The notes under the pieces are model-generated. The model made no database searches. It saw only the letters and a program-made list of their open reading frames with translations, and was not told the origin of the DNA. From Acidobacteriota bacterium (GTDB taxonomy: Bacteria; Acidobacteriota; UBA890; WLXD01), in the NCBI GenBank assembly GCA_965248695.1, contig CBDFKD010000002.1, positions 5,152,001 through 5,216,000 of the forward strand: a DNA stretch of 64,000 nucleotides, written 5' to 3'. The translations under genes and the position numbers were made by a program. Below, piece after piece: positions 1 through 8,939 of the stretch (position 1 is the stretch's first letter; each line of letters begins with the position of its first letter).

Positions 1-161
1 TCCGCGTTGAGCCGGAAGTGGGTGGTCCCCTCCTCCGGATATCGTTCCATGATCTCGGCATTCAGCGCCGCGAACAGCTCCTGTACTGCCGGTGAGTCGA
101 GGTTCTCCCTGCGGAGATCAATCTCCGCGTCGCTCGAGTCGGTAAGTCGATTCTGTGGCAT
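1..161 (-). CDS. GNAT-family acetyltransferase, N-terminal part (runs off window start)
   Basis: Manual translation from ATG at 161: MPQNRLTDSS...DSPAVQELFAALNAEIMERYPEEGTTHFRLNA; resembles the N-terminus of small GNAT acetyltransferases. Confidence 0.55.
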   Translation of the reverse strand, partial: MPQNRLTDSSDAEIDLRRENLDSPAVQELFAALNAEIMERYPEEGTTHFRLNA

Positions 162-185
162 GTCGAGCTCGAGCAACGGTCCCGT

Positions 186-1835
186 CTACTCCGGGAGCGC
201 GAAGGTAAGCAGCGAGTTATGTACCGCCATGCTGATGAACTGGCGACCGCCGACGCTATAAGTCATGGGCGCCGCGTGCGCGGTTCCACCGGCACTGAGC
301 TGCCACAGCACATCGCCGTTGCGGTCATCAAGCGCGAACAGGTAGCCGTCGACCGTACCGGTGAACAGGAATCCTCCGGCCGTTGTGAGGAGTCCCGCCC
401 CGAAGGCTATCGACGGAGTGATCGGATATTCCCAACGCAGGTCGCCCGTCAGCGGATCGAGGGCACGAATCGCGGCGCTGAAGTTCTCCAGGTGGTCGGC
501 GGGCTCTCCACTGCCGCCGTAGTACAGGTCGCCTTCGGAATACTCCTCGTCGCGCTTGAAATAGATATCCGCACCGTCGAACGCCCGCACATAGAACAAG
601 CCCGACGAGCGGCTATAGCTCGGCGACCACCAGTTGGTGCCGCCATACATCCCCGGGTAGACGACCACCCCTTCCTCACTGGGCTCAAGGCCGGGAATGA
701 CGATCGGACGTCCGTTCTCGGCGATGCCCGATGCCCAAGTCTGCTGAGCGTAGGGCTTGGCTCGCAGGAACTCGCCTGTTTCGCGGTCGAGGACGTAGTA
801 GAAGGTGTTGCGATTGGCCGTCAGGAGCAACTTGCGCTCACGACCGTCGATGGTGATATCCGCTAGCACCATCGTCTGGTTGGCGTCCCAATCATGCGTG
901 TCGTGAGGCGTGAACTGGTAGTGCCATCGGAGCTCGCCGGTGTCCGGATCGAGCGCCACGACACTGTCGGCGTAGAGGTTGTCTCCCGGTCGCACGTCGC
1001 CGTTCCAGTCGGGGCTCGGGTTGCCCGTGCCCCAGTACGTCAGGTCGAGCTCGGGGTCGTATGAGCCGGTCAGCCATGTTGGCGCGCCGCCACGCTTCCA
1101 TGAGTCACCGCCCCAAGAGTCGTTGCCGGGCTCGCCTTCGCCGGGGATGGTGTAGAAGCGCCATAGGCGTTCGCCGGTGGCGGCGTCGTAGGCGTCGAGG
1201 AATCCGCGAATACCGTATTCGCCGCCGGCCACGCCGGTCAGGACCTTGTCTTTGATGATCAGCGGGGCCGCGGTGATGCTGTAGCCGGAGTCAGGACTGG
1301 CGACCTCGGCATTCCAGATCACGCTGCCGGTTCGCAAGTCCAGCGCCAACAGTCGCCCGTCGACGGTGCCGACGTAGACGCGATCACCGAGAATGGCCAC
1401 GCCGCGATTGTTCTCTCCGCAGCAAAGCCTCATCCGCCCGGACACCGGGTGCGTGTACTTCCAGTACTGTCGTCCCGTGGCGGCGTCAAGAGCGATGACG
1501 TTGCTCGGTGATTCGGTGATCACCATGAGTCCGTCGGCGACAACCGGCTGCGTCTCGACGGTCGACAGCGTACGAAACTGATGGATCCACTCGACGCGCA
1601 TGCGGTCGATGTTGTTGCGGTCGATCTGGGCGAGCTCGCTGTACTGGTTGCTCGCATAGGAGCCCGTGTACGTGAGCCAGTTGTGCGGCTCCTCGGCCGC
1701 CCGCATGAGTCTCTCTGCGGTGACCGGGGCGCTTCCCGGTGCCTGGGGTCCGGTCGCCGCCACCTTTTCAGGCAGGGTGGCTCCGAGCGCTGCCACGCCG
1801 AGCAGCAGGAACAGGGCCATGGCTCGGCCTCTCAT
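186..1835 (-). CDS. PQQ-dependent alcohol dehydrogenase-like quinoprotein (exported)
   Basis: Signal peptide after ATG 1835, vicinal CC in LCCGENNRG, GGAPTW..GSYDP, GTGNPSP, HDTHDWDA and beta-propeller W motifs; ATGA overlap with upstream cytochrome. Confidence 0.9.
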   Translation of the reverse strand: MRGRAMALFLLLGVAALGATLPEKVAATGPQAPGSAPVTAERLMRAAEEPHNWLTYTGSYASNQYSELAQIDRNNIDRMRVEWIHQFRTLSTVETQPVVADGLMVITESPSNVIALDAATGRQYWKYTHPVSGRMRLCCGENNRGVAILGDRVYVGTVDGRLLALDLRTGSVIWNAEVASPDSGYSITAAPLIIKDKVLTGVAGGEYGIRGFLDAYDAATGERLWRFYTIPGEGEPGNDSWGGDSWKRGGAPTWLTGSYDPELDLTYWGTGNPSPDWNGDVRPGDNLYADSVVALDPDTGELRWHYQFTPHDTHDWDANQTMVLADITIDGRERKLLLTANRNTFYYVLDRETGEFLRAKPYAQQTWASGIAENGRPIVIPGLEPSEEGVVVYPGMYGGTNWWSPSYSRSSGLFYVRAFDGADIYFKRDEEYSEGDLYYGGSGEPADHLENFSAAIRALDPLTGDLRWEYPITPSIAFGAGLLTTAGGFLFTGTVDGYLFALDDRNGDVLWQLSAGGTAHAAPMTYSVGGRQFISMAVHNSLLTFALPE

Positions 1836-2614
1836 GGCCTGCTCTCCGTTCCGGCGAGTCTGGACAGGTAGGCGATGAGGTCGGTGATCTCGTCTTCGCT
1901 CAAGAGTTCCCCGAAGGCTGGCATCAGCGAGTCGACCCGTCGGTCGATGCGCCGTAGGTTTCGCTTGCGGAAAGCGCGCAGGGCGTCGTCGCGGTCGAGA
2001 AGGCGAATGTTGAATTGATCGTCGTCGACAACGTAGCCTGCGACCTCCTCGCCGGCGTCGGTCAACACCACAGCGGGCCACCAGCGCGGTGCCACCTCGG
2101 CGTTGGGCACGACGATCGCTTCGCGCAGGGCGTCGGGCCCGAGGCGCCACCCGACCCAGCTCAGGTCGGGCCCCTGGCGGCCGCCGGCACCGTTTACCAT
2201 ATGGCAGAGGGCGCAGTCAGCCTTGCCGGAGAATAGCTCCCGGCCTTGCCGAGAGTCGCCGGCGACCGTGGGGGCGCCGCTGCTCAAGGACCGCAGATAG
2301 GCGACGATCTGCCACGCGCCCTTGTCGCTGATGCCGTTGAACGGCATCCCCGGAAGGCCGTACAGGATGATCGAGTGCACCTGGGCGTCGCTGTTTCCGT
2401 TGCGGTAGGGGCGACGGCGGAGGTTGGGTCCTCGACCACCGGTGGCGTTGCCGCCGTGGCAGGAGGAGCAGTTGCGCTGGAACAGCTCTTCGCCGGCCGC
2501 CGCGTCGCTGGCGCTGGCGTAGGGGTTCTGGGCTTCGGCAACGGTGCCCGCCGTGGTCGCGAGCATCAGGGCGGCCGAGAGCACGAGTCGGCGGTGTCGT
2601 GGTATCGGGTTCAT
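1832..2614 (-). CDS. Diheme c-type cytochrome (putative heme-binding CxxCH domain), partner of the quinoprotein
   Basis: Signal peptide; CSSCH and CALCH heme motifs; GPDLS and SLMP..L..L.AYL motifs. Confidence 0.88.
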   Translation of the reverse strand: MNPIPRHRRLVLSAALMLATTAGTVAEAQNPYASASDAAAGEELFQRNCSSCHGGNATGGRGPNLRRRPYRNGNSDAQVHSIILYGLPGMPFNGISDKGAWQIVAYLRSLSSGAPTVAGDSRQGRELFSGKADCALCHMVNGAGGRQGPDLSWVGWRLGPDALREAIVVPNAEVAPRWWPAVVLTDAGEEVAGYVVDDDQFNIRLLDRDDALRAFRKRNLRRIDRRVDSLMPAFGELLSEDEITDLIAYLSRLAGTESRP

Positions 2615-2761
2615 GTCAGCGGCCGGGCAGACTTCTTCATGCCCCGTCTCCTCGAATCGCTAGGTTGACGCGTCGGGTCGATCACGTGATCGTCAAGATC
2701 GACGACTCCGACCGGAGTCTCTCTCGTCGGGTGGCGCCGGCGCAACGGGACGACCGCAACG

Positions 2762-4543
2762 ATGGCATTCAGAGCTGCAGTAGGGACGGCGCTGGCGACT
2801 GGTCTCCTCGGCTGCGCGACGAGTCCGGCACCAAGTCCGGGCGTTGAGATGGGTCTCCGGGTGCCGATGCGGGACGGGGTGACGCTGGCGGCCGACGTGG
2901 CCACGCCCGGTACCCCAGGGCGAGTACCGGCAATCCTGGAGCTGACCCCATATGGCCGAGGCCCGCAGGGAGTCAACTACCGCAACGAAATGGACTACTG
3001 GGTCGAGCAAGGCTATGCCTTCGTGATTGTCGATGCGCGCGGCCAGGGCGATTCCGACGGCACGTTCGAGTTCTTCGCGCGGGAGGGCGAGGACGCGCAC
3101 GACGTGATCGCGTGGATCGGTGAGCAACCGTGGTCGGATGGTCGAGTCGGCATGCGTGGCTCGTCCTATACGGGGGGCAATCAGCTCTACGCGGCGCTGG
3201 AGCAGCCGCCGTACCTGCGGTGCATCACCCCGAGTGCCAGCCCCAAGGGTCCGATGGACGACCTGCCATATCAGAGCGGCGCCTTTCGCTTCGATTGGGC
3301 GCTGAGCTGGCCGACCGCGCTATCGAACTCGGAATTCGAGATGCCTGTCACGCTGGACTGGAACGATCTACTGGATCACCGGCCCCTGAACACCGCCGAC
3401 GAGGCGCTGTTCGGCCGGCCGATGGAGCTGTACAGGCGCTTCCTCGAGCACCCGCAGATGGACGATCACTGGCGGCAGATCCAGATCAGCGACGCCGACT
3501 ATGGCCGCATCGCTGTGCCTTCGCTGTCCTTCACCGGGTGGTTCGATGGCACACTGCCGGGCACGCTGGCCCACTACCGGGGCATGAGAGAGCGCTCGCC
3601 GGCAACCGATGCGCATTTCCTCGTCGTCGGTCCCTGGGAGCACATGACGGCGCCCGACGGCGGCTACTCTTACGTCACCGGTGAGCCGGTCATACAGGTC
3701 GGGGACCTCGAGCTGCCGGCGCACGCATTCCTGCCGGGCCAAGAGATCACGCGACAGTATTTCGATTGGTGCGCCAAGGGCGAAGGTGAGTTCGCAGCGG
3801 CGCCGGTGAAGATCTACCTGACCGGATCACACCGCTGGCTCGAGCTTGCCGACTACCCGCCTCCGGAGATGAGGGTGCAGGCGTTGTACCTGCACAGTGC
3901 CGGGGCCGCCAACGGAATCAACGGGGACGGCGCTCTACGCTGGCACCAGGCCGGCGCGCTCCCGACCGACGAGTTTGTCTACGATCCGCTGCACCCGTTT
4001 CCGTCGAGCATCCGTCGCGAAGATGGCAGCTGGCATAGCCTGGGCTCCCAGCCGGTCGATATCAGCGACCTGCTCGATCGACCCGACGTGCTGACCTACG
4101 CTACCGAGCCGCTGACCGAGCCGCTTTCGATCGCCGGCAACGTGTCGCTGGTGCTCTGGGCGTCATCAGACGCTCCCGACACCGATTTCGTCAGCCTGAT
4201 CGAGGACATCGCCCCGGATGGCAGTGCCGTGAAGCTCGGAGCCAAGTTCGGTGGCCATGTACGCGCGCGGTTTCGAAATGGCTACGAGAAGGCGGAATTC
4301 CTGACGCCGCGCCAGCCCGTGGAGCTCCGCATCGACTATTCGGACATCGGCCATACCTTCTTGAGCGGGCATCGCATCCGCATCACTGTTACCGGCAGCG
4401 CCTACCCGTGGATCTTCCCTAATCCGAACACCGGCAACCCGATCGCCACCGATACCCAACCGCCGCGGCTGGCGCGACAGCGCATCTACCACGACGAGCG
4501 GTATGGATCGCGACTGCTGCTACCGACCATCCCACAGGAGTGA
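2762..4543 (+). CDS. CocE/NonD family serine hydrolase (lipoprotein)
   Basis: Lipobox LLGC; MRDGVTLAAD, TPYG, GSSYTG nucleophile motif, GPWEH, C-terminal jelly-roll domain. Confidence 0.9.
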   Translation: MAFRAAVGTALATGLLGCATSPAPSPGVEMGLRVPMRDGVTLAADVATPGTPGRVPAILELTPYGRGPQGVNYRNEMDYWVEQGYAFVIVDARGQGDSDGTFEFFAREGEDAHDVIAWIGEQPWSDGRVGMRGSSYTGGNQLYAALEQPPYLRCITPSASPKGPMDDLPYQSGAFRFDWALSWPTALSNSEFEMPVTLDWNDLLDHRPLNTADEALFGRPMELYRRFLEHPQMDDHWRQIQISDADYGRIAVPSLSFTGWFDGTLPGTLAHYRGMRERSPATDAHFLVVGPWEHMTAPDGGYSYVTGEPVIQVGDLELPAHAFLPGQEITRQYFDWCAKGEGEFAAAPVKIYLTGSHRWLELADYPPPEMRVQALYLHSAGAANGINGDGALRWHQAGALPTDEFVYDPLHPFPSSIRREDGSWHSLGSQPVDISDLLDRPDVLTYATEPLTEPLSIAGNVSLVLWASSDAPDTDFVSLIEDIAPDGSAVKLGAKFGGHVRARFRNGYEKAEFLTPRQPVELRIDYSDIGHTFLSGHRIRITVTGSAYPWIFPNPNTGNPIATDTQPPRLARQRIYHDERYGSRLLLPTIPQE

Positions 4544-4546
4544 GCG

Positions 4547-6286
4547 TTGGGTACGACATCGACTGGGTCTCCGGCGCTGAGCAGCGTCTTCCTGGCGGCG
4601 GTGAGCTTGCTGGTTGGCGCCATCGGTTGTTCATCCGGCGAACCCGGCAATCCGCCCGCAGACCTCGTGCTCAGGGGCGGCCAGATCTACACCGTTGATG
4701 CACAGCGCTCGTGGGCGCAGGCGGTGGCGGTCAGAGGCGGCGAAATCGCCTACGTCGGCTCGGATGACGGCGCCGACGGACATATTGGCGACGACACGCG
4801 TGTCGTCGAGTTGGGTGGACGCATGGTGCTGCCAGCATTCCAGGATGCCCATATCCACCCGATATACGGTGGACTGGAGGCCCTGGCGGTCAGTCTCAAC
4901 ACGCTGAGCACGATCGAGGGGTACGTAGACGCCATCGCGGAGTATGCGGCGGAGAATCCGGATGAGCCCTGGATTCTGGGCGGCGGCTGGTCGATGGCGG
5001 TGTTTGGCGTCGGTGCCCTGGCCCGCAAGGAGCTGATCGACGCCGTCGTGTCTGATCGGCCCGTCTACTTGGTCTCGGCGGACGGGCACACCGGGTGGGC
5101 CAATTCGAGGGCGCTTGATGTTGCTGGGCTGACGGCCGCGACGCCGGATCCTCCAGGCGGTCGCGTCGATCGCGATCCGAGCACCGGCGAAGCGATCGGC
5201 AGCCTGCAGGAGGGGGCGATGGATCTGGTCACGGAGCACGTGCCCGCGGCATCACTGGAGACTCGGTTGGCCAGCCTCCGCTACGCCGTCGACATGTTAA
5301 ATGGCTACGGCATCACGTCGATCCAAGAAGCAATGGCCAATCGGCCAGATCTCGAGGCCTACCGGGAGCTTGACCAACTAGGCGAGCTGTCCGTGCGGGT
5401 CGTCGCCTCGCTGTGGTGGGATCGCAACAGGGGCCAGGAACAGATCGACGGATTGCGCCGTCTTCGAGAGGAGTTCACCGGCGGGCGCGTGCGCGCAACG
5501 ACGGTCAAGATCATGCAGGACGGCGTCATGGAGAACTTCACCGCTGCACTTCTACAGCCCTATCTGAATGAGGGCGAAACGCGCGGTATGCCGATGGTGG
5601 AGCCGGAGGCCTTGAAGCTTGCCGTTGCGGCGCTCGACGCCGAGGGATTTCAGGTGCACTTCCACGCTATCGGTGACGCCGCCGTCAGGCATTGCCTCGA
5701 CGCCGTTGAGGCGGCGCGCCTGCAAAACGGCGATCTCGGACATCGGCACCACATCTCGCACCTACAGCTCATTGATCCGGCCGACATTCCGCGGTTCCGG
5801 GAGCTCGATGTCGTCGCCAACTTCCAGCCACTGTGGGCGTCTGCCGGTACCTACATCGATGACCTGACGATCCCGTATCTGGGACCAGAGCGCAGCCAGT
5901 GGCTTTATCCCCTGCGCAGCATTCAAGACGCCGGCGCGATGCTCGCGTTCGGCAGCGACTGGTCCGTGTCGACGGCCAACCCCTTGCCGCAGATCGAAAC
6001 GGCGATCACGCGCATAAGTGCGGTGGGAGGAGCCCACGAGGCGTTCCTGCCTGAGCAGCGGATCGACTTGGCGAGCGCGGTGGCGGCGTTCACCATGGGG
6101 GCCGCCTTCGTGAACCGCATCGAGAGCGAGACCGGCTCGATCGAGCCCGGCAAGCTCGCCGACCTTATCGTGCTCGACCGCAACCTGTTCGAGATCGAGC
6201 CGGCCGAGATTTCGGATGCACGCGTGCTGCTGACCTTGATGGAGGGCGAGCCGGTACACGGCGACCTGTCGGACATCTCGCCATGA
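4547..6286 (+). CDS. Amidohydrolase 3 (YtcJ-like) lipoprotein
   Basis: DAHIH metal motif, HAIGD, FGSDW, GKLADLIVLD; lipobox AIGC. Confidence 0.9.
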   Translation: MGTTSTGSPALSSVFLAAVSLLVGAIGCSSGEPGNPPADLVLRGGQIYTVDAQRSWAQAVAVRGGEIAYVGSDDGADGHIGDDTRVVELGGRMVLPAFQDAHIHPIYGGLEALAVSLNTLSTIEGYVDAIAEYAAENPDEPWILGGGWSMAVFGVGALARKELIDAVVSDRPVYLVSADGHTGWANSRALDVAGLTAATPDPPGGRVDRDPSTGEAIGSLQEGAMDLVTEHVPAASLETRLASLRYAVDMLNGYGITSIQEAMANRPDLEAYRELDQLGELSVRVVASLWWDRNRGQEQIDGLRRLREEFTGGRVRATTVKIMQDGVMENFTAALLQPYLNEGETRGMPMVEPEALKLAVAALDAEGFQVHFHAIGDAAVRHCLDAVEAARLQNGDLGHRHHISHLQLIDPADIPRFRELDVVANFQPLWASAGTYIDDLTIPYLGPERSQWLYPLRSIQDAGAMLAFGSDWSVSTANPLPQIETAITRISAVGGAHEAFLPEQRIDLASAVAAFTMGAAFVNRIESETGSIEPGKLADLIVLDRNLFEIEPAEISDARVLLTLMEGEPVHGDLSDISP

Positions 6287-6289
6287 GAA

Positions 6290-6326
6290 GCGCCCCACCG
6301 ACCCGATGTTAGTGGCGGTGGGGCGC
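6290..6326. terminator. Hairpin between convergent genes (possible bidirectional terminator)
   Basis: 11-bp inverted repeat GCGCCCCACCG / CGGTGGGGCGC; no U-tract. Confidence 0.4.
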
Positions 6327-6389
6327 GATGCTGTCTCTGCTGCTCGTGCGACTGCCGGTGTTCTGGCAGGCTGCTGGTGCTGCGAGGCG

Positions 6390-6770
6390 TCAGTCGCTCG
6401 GCGGCCACTCTCCGTGCTGCGGTAGACCATCGGTGATCTCGAACCACGATGCCTTGTGGTCGACCATGATGTGCGCCGACGGGCGCATGCCGGGATCGTC
6501 GGTCAGCGTGCCGGCCTCGATGAAGTGCTCGCCGTGATAGAGGTTGCCGCCGCAGTTCGAGCAGGAAACACGCGCCGTGAAGGGCTCTTCCTCGTACTTG
6601 TGCACGAGCTCCGCACCCTGTGTGATGCGGAAGTTCTCCGGGGAGACCATCACCACCGTGCCATGCGCGGTGCCGCTGCTGTGCTGGCATCGCGAGCAGT
6701 GGCAATGGACCATCAACTGCGGATCGCTGGCTTCGTACTGCACGCCCCCACAAAGGCACTTACCTTGCAT
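6390..6770 (-). CDS. GFA (glutathione-dependent formaldehyde-activating / CENP-V) family Zn protein
   Basis: GKCLCG, CHCSRCQ and CSNCG motifs. Confidence 0.88.
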   Translation of the reverse strand: MQGKCLCGGVQYEASDPQLMVHCHCSRCQHSSGTAHGTVVMVSPENFRITQGAELVHKYEEEPFTARVSCSNCGGNLYHGEHFIEAGTLTDDPGMRPSAHIMVDHKASWFEITDGLPQHGEWPPSD

Positions 6771-7002
6771 CGTGATGCTCCTCCCTTCGCCGGAGCCGGG
6801 CCGTTACCGGAGGTTGGACTACCGTAGTCAACGGCCCATGCCCACTGGCAGGTATCCATGACGGGCGGACTTTACTGACGGCAATCGGCAAAGACAACCG
6901 AATCCCTGCAGATCCGGGGGAGCCTGACCTGGATCGCCGCCAGGAGCAGCGGCGGTTGACAGCGATCGTAAGGACCGATTGGATCTACGGTTGGAGGCTT
7001 CA

Positions 7003-8904
7003 ATGGTGGATCGCGTCAAGGCGCGCCAGCTCGGTATGGACCGCCCGGTCACGCGGCGCGATTTCGTCAACGGCTTCGCAGTGGGCAGCGCCGGCGCATG
7101 GGCGGCGACGCGCAGCGCTCTGGCAGGGCTCGAACGGTCGGAGCTCCTGGCCGCCAGTGTCGCTAGCGATTACCCGCCCGCGCTCACCGGGCTGCGCGGC
7201 AGCCATGAGGGGTCGCTCGAGGTGGGGCATCAGCTCCGCGACGGCGCCTACGCGAGCGCGTCTGGTGCCGAGGACTCCGGCGAAGTCTACGACCTGGTGG
7301 TCGTCGGTGGCGGGCTCTCCGGGCTATCCGGGGCCCACTTCTTCTGCCAGGCGCTCGGCGACGATCAGACCGTCCTGATCCTCGACAACCACGACGACTT
7401 CGGTGGACACGCCAAGCGCAACGAGTTCACCCACGGGGGCCGGACCTGGATCGGCTACGGCGGCACTATGAGCATCGTCTCGCCGTTCCCGTACAGCTAC
7501 GCCGCCAAAGCACTGGTGCGGGATCTGGGCATCGAGGTGGAACGCGCCAGCGAGTTTGTCGACAACGATGTCTACGCCGGGCTGGGCTCGGCGACCTTTT
7601 TCGATCGCGAGACCTTCGGCGACGACAAGCTCGTGGTCGGTCGCGGGGACGGCTCCTGGGAGAGCTTCTTCGGTAATGCGCCCTTCTCGGAGCGAGCGCG
7701 CCAGGATTTGATTCGTATCCACACCGCGAATCGCGACTACATGTCCGGTCTGAGCCGCGCCGAGAAGCGTGCGCGGCTCGCCAGAACGAGCTACCAGGAC
7801 TACCTGCTCGAGGTGGCACAGGTGGCTCCGGAGGCAATCAAGTTCTTCCTCGGCCGCGGCTACCGGAACAACAAGCGGGTCGATACGCTGCCGGCGCTGG
7901 AGGCGGCCCAGGGGGGAGCCCCCGGATTCGACGGCCTCGATCTCGCGCTCGAGGCCCGCTGGGCAGGCAGCGCCGACTACCGCTTCCATTTCCCTGACGG
8001 CAACGCCACGATCGCCCGCCTGCTCATCAACCGGCTGGTTCCCGCGGCGCTGCCCGGCGATCACGACATGCAATCGGTGCTGCAAGCCCCGTTGAGCTAC
8101 GACCGCCTGGATGAGGATGGAGCCAAGGTGCGGATGCGCCTCGACAGCACCGTCGTGCGGGTGGAGCACGAAGGCGTCGCCGGAAGCGCCGACTGGGTGA
8201 GTGTTGCCTACGTGCGCGACGGCAAGCTGTCGCGGGTACGAGCCCGCAGCTGTTTGCTCGCCTGCTGGAACCACGTCGTGCCGTACCTGGTCCCCGATCT
8301 GCCGCAGGAGCAGAAGGACGCGCTCGGCTACGCCGTGAAGGTACCGATGATGTACACCAACGTGTTCATCAGGAACTGGCGAGCGTTCAAGGAGTTGGGA
8401 GTGTCCCGCCTCAGCTATCCGGCGATGTACCACAGCTCGTGCAGACTGGATTATCCGGTGTCGATGGGAGGCTATGAATGCACCCAGTCGCCGGATGACC
8501 CCATCGTGCTGCACATGGTGCGCAACCCCAACAAACCCGGACTACCGCGCAAGGACCAGCAGCGCGCCGGCATGCTCGACATGCTGATGACCTCGTTCGA
8601 GACCATCGAGCTGGAGACTCGCGACCAGCTGACGCGCGCCCTCGAGGGCGGCGGCTTCGATCCCGCCGAGGACATCCTGGCGATTACCGCCAACCGTTGG
8701 CCGCACGGCTATGCCTATACCTACGACACGCTCGCCGATCCGGACGTTCCCGCCGCCGAGCGCCCGCACGTGGTCGGCCGCAAGCCCTTCGGGAAGATCG
8801 CGATCGCCAACGCCGACGCCGGAGCGGCGGCTTATACCAACGTCGCCATTGATCAGGCGCATCGCGCCGTTCAGGAGCTCATGCTGGCTAACGGGCTGAA
8901 GTAG
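7003..8904 (+). CDS. Tat-exported FAD-dependent oxidoreductase, spermidine dehydrogenase (SpdH)-like
   Basis: TRRDFVNG Tat motif, YPP.LTGLRGSH, GGGLSGL, DNHDDFGGHAKRNEF, HFPDGNA, NRWPHGY. Confidence 0.85.
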   Translation: MVDRVKARQLGMDRPVTRRDFVNGFAVGSAGAWAATRSALAGLERSELLAASVASDYPPALTGLRGSHEGSLEVGHQLRDGAYASASGAEDSGEVYDLVVVGGGLSGLSGAHFFCQALGDDQTVLILDNHDDFGGHAKRNEFTHGGRTWIGYGGTMSIVSPFPYSYAAKALVRDLGIEVERASEFVDNDVYAGLGSATFFDRETFGDDKLVVGRGDGSWESFFGNAPFSERARQDLIRIHTANRDYMSGLSRAEKRARLARTSYQDYLLEVAQVAPEAIKFFLGRGYRNNKRVDTLPALEAAQGGAPGFDGLDLALEARWAGSADYRFHFPDGNATIARLLINRLVPAALPGDHDMQSVLQAPLSYDRLDEDGAKVRMRLDSTVVRVEHEGVAGSADWVSVAYVRDGKLSRVRARSCLLACWNHVVPYLVPDLPQEQKDALGYAVKVPMMYTNVFIRNWRAFKELGVSRLSYPAMYHSSCRLDYPVSMGGYECTQSPDDPIVLHMVRNPNKPGLPRKDQQRAGMLDMLMTSFETIELETRDQLTRALEGGGFDPAEDILAITANRWPHGYAYTYDTLADPDVPAAERPHVVGRKPFGKIAIANADAGAAAYTNVAIDQAHRAVQELMLANGLK

Positions 8905-8939
8905 ACGGAGCGAGGCTAGCCAGCCAGGGGAGGACGAAG

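Noticed and set aside
7324-8514. Long antisense ORFs (also 13029-14174, 31674-32723, 54679-55692)
   Set aside because: Shadow ORFs opposite well-supported genes, expected at this GC content; no recognisable motifs.
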